Shown here piece after piece: positions 57,924 to 64,000 of a stretch of DNA of 64,000 nt. Under the pieces are notes generated by a model that ran no database searches, was not told where the DNA came from, and saw nothing but the letters and a program-made list of their open reading frames with translations. Every line of letters begins with the position of its first letter. The first letter of the stretch is position 1. Location: positions 36,368 through 100,367 of IMG/VR virus record IMGVR_UViG_3300043449_000987; one strand, 5' to 3'. The stretch comes from a virus. The position numbers were made by a program, and so were the translations under genes.

Positions 57924-58658
57924 TTATTCAACAAAACCATGTTTGTCAATGGCATAATCGTATATCTCTAAGTCTATACTGTTTAACTCAATAATTCTTT
58001 CATACTGGGAGTTTGATATTTTAAAATCTGTTGGGCTGCTTTGATTAATAGGATTTTTAAACAAAAATGGGTTAACGTTAAGTAATTTTGGTAAACCAGA
58101 AATAATTCCATCAATATCTTCTATAAAAAAAATATGGTGGCTATCTATAAACTTAAAAGCATCCTCTTTTGTTTTTTCATTATTATTAATAAACCAGTTA
58201 TTTTCAATCATGGGCTTTTTTTGCAACATTTTACCCTGAATAAAAAATGGACTATTTTTTACAACATCATTATAACTATCAACATCGATTGTTCCAGTTA
58301 AAAATTTAAACTGTGTGTTTGAGTTTAACTCAGACATCAAAGGATTATAGAGCCAATAATCTAGTAATTCTTCACTAGAAATTTCTGGAAACATGAATTT
58401 TGTATATTTAACAGTACTCAAAAATCTATCTACTGGATTTCTTAATATAGTAAAAACTAATGGATTTTTCATATACTGAATAGGATAATTTCCCCAATGT
58501 CCAGCCACATAATAAGAGTTAGAAATAATATCTTTGTTTAACTCAGTGTTATGATTAGACAGATAACCTTTGTTAGCAAACTCATTTTTTAAATGTGTCT
58601 TAACAAAGGTTCCGCCCGTTCGTGGAATATGAGAATGATATATACTATCAAACATCAT
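57924..58658 (-). CDS. Sulfotransferase family protein
   Basis: 5'-PSB loop HIPRTGGT, 3'-PB motif LRNPVDRFLS, C-terminal N..D.E.Y. Confidence 0.8.
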   Translation of the reverse strand: MMFDSIYHSHIPRTGGTFVKTHLKNEFANKGYLSNHNTELNKDIISNSYYVAGHWGNYPIQYMKNPLVFTILRNPVDRFLSTVKYTKFMFPEISSEELLDYWLYNPLMSELNSNTQFKFLTGTIDVDSYNDVVKNSPFFIQGKMLQKKPMIENNWFINNNEKTKEDAFKFIDSHHIFFIEDIDGIISGLPKLLNVNPFLFKNPINQSSPTDFKISNSQYERIIELNSIDLEIYDYAIDKHGFVE

Positions 58659-58668
58659 ATCTTAACTT

Positions 58669-59988
58669 TTAGTAGTACTTAAGGTTGTGTACAAACAAGT
58701 TACCAGCAATCAAGGTGTCTGTAGGCTCGCAGTCAAACTTGTAGACTGTTGCATCTCCGTCAATTACCTCAATAGATTCTACAAGAACTTCTGAGAATGT
58801 CATTGACTCTGGATTGAAAGCAATAACATAATCTCCAACTTCTAGTCCTTCTGTAACTTTATAAGAATAAACGTTTCCACGCTTAACAAAAATACCCTGC
58901 TCTAATGAGTACTTCTTTGAAGGATCATTGTTAATTGTCATTATCTTATTAACTTGCTTTGACTGAAGATTTGCAATACGTGTTGAAACAGTTGTCATAT
59001 TTGTAACTGACTCTGTTGTCCAAGAATATGGATCTGCAATAGACTCGTCCACGTTCTCATCAAATGTTCCTGCCCAAACACGATCATTTACAACACAATC
59101 CTTGGCTGCCTTTGTTGCAAGACCTCCGTCTTCAGTTTGTACTGTAATTAATGTATCTTCGTGAATACATCCTGGTGAGAATCCAAATGGTGAGAATCCA
59201 AATGGAGAGAATCCAAATGGAGAGAATCCGAATGGTGAGAAGCCGAATGGAGAGAACCCAAACACGCTAAATGGTGAGAACCCAAATGGTGAGAAGCCAA
59301 ACACTGAAAACGGTGAAAAGCCAAACACTGAGAACGGTGAGAAGCCAAACACTGAGAACGGAACAAACGAAAATGTAGTAGTTACGCTATCAGAGTAGTC
59401 AGACCAGTCTCCAGAACCAAGAGCATTGTTTGCACGAACACGATATTGCTGTGCTGTTCCTTGCTCTTGACCTACTGAAACTGATGTGCTGCTTGTATTT
59501 CCTGACTTTCCATCTGTTGCTTCCCAATCATAACTTGTAATTGCAGATCCACCATTATCTGGTGCTGACCAGGATACTGAGTCATTACCTGCTGAAGGCG
59601 ATGATACTGAAGGCTTTCCAACTTTATTTGGAACTGTTGTTACGCTTTCGGCATTAGATGATACTTCTGTTGAAGAACCAATTGATGAATTAGCCTTAAT
59701 TTTAAATGTATAACTTCTATTACTTAGTAATCCAGTTACACGATATGGAGAAGATGTTGCTGTAAAGTTTACATCGGCAATTCCTGAAGAAGATGCTGTG
59801 ATTGTAAAACTTGTAGCAGTAGAACCAATACCTGTACCTGCTACATATGTAATGTCATATTGAGCATTATTATAGCCATATCCTACTTTTTGAACATTGG
59901 TAATTGTTGGTTCTGCTGGAGCAATACCCCAGTATCTGATTGTCTGCTTAGCAGACTTTCCTGATTTACCACCTCTACGAATTGCCAT
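58669..59988 (-). CDS. FN3-FN3-(FGFSP)x10-Hint (intein-like) autoprocessing protein
   Basis: Two FN3 domains (VTGL...Y.F.I.A; VSWSAP.NGGS.IT.Y; Y.VRA.N..G...WS), a repeat tract, then G|CIHEDTLI ... L.VGD ... VYKFDCEP...VHN-LKYY. Confidence 0.85.
   Translation of the reverse strand: MAIRRGGKSGKSAKQTIRYWGIAPAEPTITNVQKVGYGYNNAQYDITYVAGTGIGSTATSFTITASSSGIADVNFTATSSPYRVTGLLSNRSYTFKIKANSSIGSSTEVSSNAESVTTVPNKVGKPSVSSPSAGNDSVSWSAPDNGGSAITSYDWEATDGKSGNTSSTSVSVGQEQGTAQQYRVRANNALGSGDWSDYSDSVTTTFSFVPFSVFGFSPFSVFGFSPFSVFGFSPFGFSPFSVFGFSPFGFSPFGFSPFGFSPFGFSPFGFSPGCIHEDTLITVQTEDGGLATKAAKDCVVNDRVWAGTFDENVDESIADPYSWTTESVTNMTTVSTRIANLQSKQVNKIMTINNDPSKKYSLEQGIFVKRGNVYSYKVTEGLEVGDYVIAFNPESMTFSEVLVESIEVIDGDATVYKFDCEPTDTLIAGNLFVHNLKYY
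59173..59373 (-). repeat. Coding repeat array: FSFVP + 4x FSVFGFSP + 6x FGFSP (15/24-bp units)
   Basis: Read codon by codon; synonymous codons vary between units. Confidence 0.95.
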
Positions 59989-60020
59989 TTATATCTCCTC
60001 TATTCTTTATTAAATTAATA

Positions 60021-61502
60021 TTACGCTGTTAGGTCGCCAGTTAAGATCCAAGTATCAGTTGAACGCTTAACTAACGTTGCTGCTGAATACTGTGCACGTA
60101 ACTTCAAACCAGGTGTATAGTAAACAGTTACTCCTGCTGCTGCAGCAATTGTAACTTGTCCTGTACCCTTTTGGAAAATATCAACAGACGATCCTACGGG
60201 GAAGGCAACTGTTGCATTTGTTGGAACTGTAACAGTAGTTGAAGAAGATGAATCCATTTCAACTAAGTTGGTTGAATCTGTTAAAGCAAGAGTATAACTT
60301 GATGTCTTATTATTAAAGGATACTAACATTGCTGCATTTAGATCTGCTGTGCTTGCCTTTGATGCAAGAGCAGTTGTTACTGTTGAAGCAAAGTTAGCAT
60401 CATCACCAAGTGCTGCTGCAAGTTCATCAAGTGTATTTAGTGCTGCAGGTGCTGATGCAACAAGATTTGCCACTGCTGTTCCAACGAACTCTGTTGTAGC
60501 AATCTGTGTTGTATTTGTTCCTGCTGCTGCTGTTGGTGCTGTTGGTGTTCCAGTTAGTGCTGGAGATACAAGTGCTGCCTTAGCAGCAAGATCTGTTGTA
60601 AGATTTACAATAGATGATTGTGAAAGACCATTTGCATCAATCTTTGCATCTGTAACTGATCCATCTGATGGTGTTCTTGTATCAGAAAGACGTGAGTCTC
60701 CTGTGTATACCAGGTTTGCTGAATCTGTAATGCCATGTACATTTGTTGTGTCAGAATTGTGATCTGAAACCTTTGTATCTGCTGCAGATCCTGCTGCTGA
60801 AATTGCTGCGGTTTGTGCATCTGAAGCCTTTAATTCTGCATAAGCCTTTGTTGCAAGTAGGGATGTATCTCCAATACCGTGCACATTTGTTGTTGCATCA
60901 TTATGATCAGATACTGACTCTGCAATTGCGTTGTTGCGATTTGTTACTTCGTCTGCAATCTTACCATCTGTATATGAATTTGCAGAAGTTTCTGCTGTCT
61001 CAATTGCTGTATTAAGACTGGTTGCTTGTGCAGTAAGTGCAGCATTACGGTCTGTAACATTTTGAGCAAGAGCATCAGTCAAATCATCAGTGTATACAAT
61101 GTTTGCAGTATTTGTAATACCGTGAACATTTTCTGTTAGAATTCCGTGATTGCTTACAGCATTATCTACTGTATTAACAAAATCGCCAATTTCCTTAAGT
61201 GTATTTAGTGTTTCTGGTGCTCCATCAATAAGTGCACCAAGTTGGCTAATAGGAATATTGCCATTTGCTGTAAGGGTAGCAACACCATTTGGTTGTCCCT
61301 TTTCTGAGTCTAGAACAAAGCCATTGCCGTCTAGATCTCCAAAATCTTTGAATATACCAAGAGAAGACCAGTTGTTAACGCCGTCACCAATTTTGAATTG
61401 TCCAGTGTCGGTTACAAATCCGATTTCTCCTGCTGCTAAAATTGGGTTTGCTGCATCCCATTGTGCTGCAGTACCTCTGCGTTGTTGCATTCTTGTTGCC
61501 AT
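60021..61502 (-). CDS. Tail fibre-like protein (Mtd/hyaluronidase-type N-terminal domain, fibre repeats)
   Basis: RRGTAAQW..NPILAAGEIG..TDT..KIGDG; SPALTGTPTAPT..GTNTTQIATT; 3x H...T.NVHGI. Confidence 0.75.
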   Translation of the reverse strand: MATRMQQRRGTAAQWDAANPILAAGEIGFVTDTGQFKIGDGVNNWSSLGIFKDFGDLDGNGFVLDSEKGQPNGVATLTANGNIPISQLGALIDGAPETLNTLKEIGDFVNTVDNAVSNHGILTENVHGITNTANIVYTDDLTDALAQNVTDRNAALTAQATSLNTAIETAETSANSYTDGKIADEVTNRNNAIAESVSDHNDATTNVHGIGDTSLLATKAYAELKASDAQTAAISAAGSAADTKVSDHNSDTTNVHGITDSANLVYTGDSRLSDTRTPSDGSVTDAKIDANGLSQSSIVNLTTDLAAKAALVSPALTGTPTAPTAAAGTNTTQIATTEFVGTAVANLVASAPAALNTLDELAAALGDDANFASTVTTALASKASTADLNAAMLVSFNNKTSSYTLALTDSTNLVEMDSSSSTTVTVPTNATVAFPVGSSVDIFQKGTGQVTIAAAAGVTVYYTPGLKLRAQYSAATLVKRSTDTWILTGDLTA

Positions 61503-61545
61503 CTAGTTTTCTCCTTATGGGGGCTACCCAATGTTTTTCTGTCTT

Positions 61546-61554
61546 ATTATAACA
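61546..61554 (-). promoter_or_regulatory. Extended -10 TGTTATAAT heading the fibre / Hint-precursor / sulfotransferase operon
   Basis: Intergenic, followed by an AAGGAG SD. Confidence 0.7.
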
Positions 61555-61560
61555 TCAATT

Positions 61561-62019
61561 TTAATTGAAGTTATCTATTGCTGTTCCACCGTCAAATGAG
61601 AATTCCCAAGTATTATCGCTTGGAGATCCACCATCTAATCCTGTGCCTTGTGGGCTATTAAAACTACCACCTTCACGGAAAGTAGTAACAATAAATCCAG
61701 TTCCGTCGATTGCTGTATCGTGGATGTGGTCTGGAAGATTTAAGGTATCATCGATTGTTGCAATTGTTAACCATGAACCACCATAGTAAACATTAATTCT
61801 TTGAGTTAATGTGTCAAACCATTGTGTTCCATTTGTTGGAGAAGAAGGAGGGGTGTTGCTTACTGTCATGGATCCAGTTAATGAATCTACATACGCCTTA
61901 GTAGCAACATGGTTATCAAGAGTTGGTGAACCTGATACCTCTATTGTTCCTCCGAAACTAGCAGATCCATTGACCTGTAGTCCATTCTTTACTTTGAAGT
62001 CTTTATTGACTGTTGCCAA
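61561..62019 (-). CDS. Small virion/fibre-associated protein
   Basis: TTG start; MATVNKDFKVKNGL, ATKAYVD, G..WFD....Y..G.W. Confidence 0.65.
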   Translation of the reverse strand: MATVNKDFKVKNGLQVNGSASFGGTIEVSGSPTLDNHVATKAYVDSLTGSMTVSNTPPSSPTNGTQWFDTLTQRINVYYGGSWLTIATIDDTLNLPDHIHDTAIDGTGFIVTTFREGGSFNSPQGTGLDGGSPSDNTWEFSFDGGTAIDNFN

Positions 62020-62052
62020 TTTTAACCCCTCCCTCTATCCTTTTATTTTTTA

Positions 62053-63399
62053 TTAAATTAGTGTTCCTGCAACAACAACTGTGCTGTTATTGTTTGCAGT
62101 TGTAACAATTAATCGTACGTTTGATCCAGAAACATCTGCAGAGATTGTTGAAAGTGCTCCATTTGTTCCTACCATTGCGTATTCTGTAATTGCTACGTTA
62201 TCAGATGTATCAAGAGTTACAAGAACTTCTGAAACATCTGTGTGTGATCCGCTTGCTACCTTTACAAGGAATTTTCCTGAGCGATATTCATCCTTTGACC
62301 ATGAGTATGCTGTTGCTGCTGATGCAGTTGCAACTGATGTTGTTGCTGCAATTTGCTTTGATACTGAGTTAAGTTCAACTTCAGTAAAGTTTGGAACTAC
62401 TGCCTCAAGAGCAGATACTGCACGAGCATCTGTGAAGTAAAGATTGGCTCCTGGGCCAGTTCCTTCAGCAAGATCATTTGTTGTTGAATCTGCAACACCG
62501 TTTTCTGCGGTAATTGTAAGATTATTTGATCCATCTTTAGTAATTGTAATATTTGTCTTTGTAGCGTTTGCAAGCAATGATGCTGCTTCTGCTTTTGCAC
62601 GAGCATCTGTATAGTAAAGGTTTGAGCCTTCTTCAATGTCTGATGTGCTAAGAGCATTAATTGCATTTGTTGCAAATGTTTCAGCATTTGATTGTGCATC
62701 TGATGCATAGCCTTGTGCTGCTGTATCAAGATCTGAAATCTCGCTATCAACATAGATTGTATTTGCCTTTGTTGAAAGTGCTGAGGTCATATCTGTTGCA
62801 TAATTTGGGTTGTCAGCGATTGCTGCAGCCAACTCATTAAGTGTGTCAAGCATTGCTGGTGCTGCATCTACAAGATTTGCAACTGCAGTATCTGTATATT
62901 GAGTTGCTTCTAACTTAGCAGCAGCAATTGCAGTGTTACGATTTGTAACTTCTGTGCTAATTGCTGAAGAAATTGCATTGTCACGATCTGTGACCTCTGT
63001 GCTAATTGCTGAAGCAAGTTCGCTATCTGTTGCAAAATCTCCATCAATTGTTGCTGTGATTTGAACATTTTGTGAACCGTCAAACATAACTTCACCAGTT
63101 ACATCTCCAACAAGTTCAATTTTTCTTGAGGTCTCAAGAGTTGTTGCTGTATCTGCATTACCAGTTACATCGCCAACAAGATCTGCTGTGATTGTACCTG
63201 CTGCAAAATTTCCATTTCCATCACGCTTAACTACTGAGTTTGCAGTATTTGCTGATGTTGAAGTACCACCAATAAGACCAACAATATAATCTTGGTCATC
63301 TTGCTTCTTAGTAAGAACGTCTTGTCCGCCAACTGTTGCTGTTGCACCTTCAACGATAAGGCCACTCTTTACTTTAAAGTTTTTTGTTACTGTTGCCAT
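62053..63399 (-). CDS. Fibre-like virion structural protein
   Basis: MATVTKNFKVKSGL, RDGNGNFAAG, 2x EG..NLY.TDARA, C-terminal YRSGKFLV domain. Confidence 0.7.
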   Translation of the reverse strand: MATVTKNFKVKSGLIVEGATATVGGQDVLTKKQDDQDYIVGLIGGTSTSANTANSVVKRDGNGNFAAGTITADLVGDVTGNADTATTLETSRKIELVGDVTGEVMFDGSQNVQITATIDGDFATDSELASAISTEVTDRDNAISSAISTEVTNRNTAIAAAKLEATQYTDTAVANLVDAAPAMLDTLNELAAAIADNPNYATDMTSALSTKANTIYVDSEISDLDTAAQGYASDAQSNAETFATNAINALSTSDIEEGSNLYYTDARAKAEAASLLANATKTNITITKDGSNNLTITAENGVADSTTNDLAEGTGPGANLYFTDARAVSALEAVVPNFTEVELNSVSKQIAATTSVATASAATAYSWSKDEYRSGKFLVKVASGSHTDVSEVLVTLDTSDNVAITEYAMVGTNGALSTISADVSGSNVRLIVTTANNNSTVVVAGTLI

Positions 63400-63417
63400 T
63401 TTTATTATCTCCTTTTA

Positions 63418-63864
63418 TTATGCCTTAAGTCCTATACGTGCAAAACGTGCAGTGACTGGCTTATGTGCAGGATCTGGAGTGACTGTTAAAGCCACGGTAT
63501 TTCCAGTCCGTGAGACGCTTATGGTGCCAATATTCCCATCGTTGTCTATTGTTCCATATTCGCTAACTGATACATCTGTACCATCAACCAATATGGTCAA
63601 TTCTGTTGCATAGAATTTATTATCTCCTGCTGTAGTCTTAGATAGTGAAACAATATATTTCACCATTCTCCATACAGTAGCATCAAAGTTGTCGATAACT
63701 GTTACGTTCTCAATTCCGTTGATTGTATTTTCATTATTACCTGCTGTGCCAAGTTCATTTCCTGAACCTGCCAGCGTATCAATCAAATCTTCGTAATCGC
63801 CTTGTGTTGGACGGTCACCTGTTTGAAATTTTGATTTGACTTGTGCAATTGTTAGTTTTGCCAT
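63418..63864 (-). CDS. Virion structural protein, leaderless
   Basis: F.TGD.PT..D..DLID; ATG 6 nt after TGTTATAAT (63871-63879); C-domain resembles that of 62053..63399. Confidence 0.65.
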   Translation of the reverse strand: MAKLTIAQVKSKFQTGDRPTQGDYEDLIDTLAGSGNELGTAGNNENTINGIENVTVIDNFDATVWRMVKYIVSLSKTTAGDNKFYATELTILVDGTDVSVSEYGTIDNDGNIGTISVSRTGNTVALTVTPDPAHKPVTARFARIGLKA

Positions 63865-63886
63865 AGATGTATTATAACATTATTTT

Positions 63887-64000
63887 TCATAGTATGTAGT
63901 TACTATGTCCAATAATTGCCACTCCAATCGGTGCTGGATTTTCCCTGGTATAACCAGAGAGACCTATATTTTCTATTCTCAACCTAAATGGGAGATGTTC
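63887..64000 (-). CDS. 3' end of a gene entering from outside the window (…PAPIGVAIIGHSNYIL*)
   Basis: 38 open codons ending in TGA at 63887. Confidence 0.5.
   Translation of the reverse strand, partial: EHLPFRLRIENIGLSGYTRENPAPIGVAIIGHSNYIL

Noticed and set aside
58684-59169. Mobile intein
   Set aside because: No endonuclease, no +1 nucleophile, and not inserted in a conserved enzyme. dnaE, dnaB, recA, terL and nrdJ show no inteins.
59173-59373. Short tandem DNA repeats as a CRISPR array, with the Cas4-like gene as a cas gene
   Set aside because: The units are 15/24 bp, in frame, have no unique spacers and vary at synonymous sites. The Cas4-like gene is a stand-alone phage exonuclease in a recombination operon.
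60021-61502. Diversity-generating retroelement suggested by the Mtd-like N-terminus
   Set aside because: No reverse transcriptase or TR/VR repeat pair is seen in the window. Only the N-terminal anchor-type domain is similar.
1390-63489. All plus-strand ORFs in the track (e.g. 8395..8805, 46236..46898, 60349..60762) and short nested minus-strand ORFs
   Set aside because: They are shadows of Ala/Thr-rich minus-strand genes, lie within or across real genes, and show no recognisable motifs.
1-64000. Stop-codon reassignment, or a prophage in a host chromosome
   Set aside because: Genes are full-length under the standard code and end in TAA, TAG and TGA. No integrase, att site or host housekeeping block is seen.

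Overview
A 64-kb segment of a large, AT-rich tailed dsDNA phage. Every credible gene is on the minus strand. The host is most likely a freshwater actinobacterium (inferred from leaderless promoters, DnaE and host-like secreted proteins). Read in transcription order (right to left), it holds tail-fibre/virion genes; a gene for an FN3 + (FGFSP)x10 + Hint-domain protein; a sulfotransferase; four 2OG-Fe(II) oxygenase-like genes around a class II ribonucleotide reductase; and a head-neck-tail module (portal, protease-scaffold, HK97-type capsid, tail tube, two paralogous tail chaperones, 2360-aa tape measure, no sheath seen, so probably a siphovirus). Then come a replication/recombination block (DnaB, primase, SSB, DnaE, RecA, resolvases, Cas4-like nuclease) interrupted by three more oxygenases, the terminase, a cluster of secreted/membrane proteins, an HslV-like protease, tRNA-Asn, and a final cluster of DUF6065-like genes, a Gnt1/GT60-like glycosyltransferase and another oxygenase. 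The best candidate for an undescribed system is a self-cleaving Hint-domain precursor carrying Pro-terminated Phe-rich repeats, encoded with many hydroxylase, glycosyltransferase and sulfotransferase genes. This could be a phage peptide/protein tailoring pathway. Other notable points: an AUA-initiated 669-aa secreted protein, tail chaperones G/GT apparently made by gene duplication rather than frameshifting, and an SD-occluding hairpin that straddles a promoter. All family calls come from motif recognition by eye; no database search was run.
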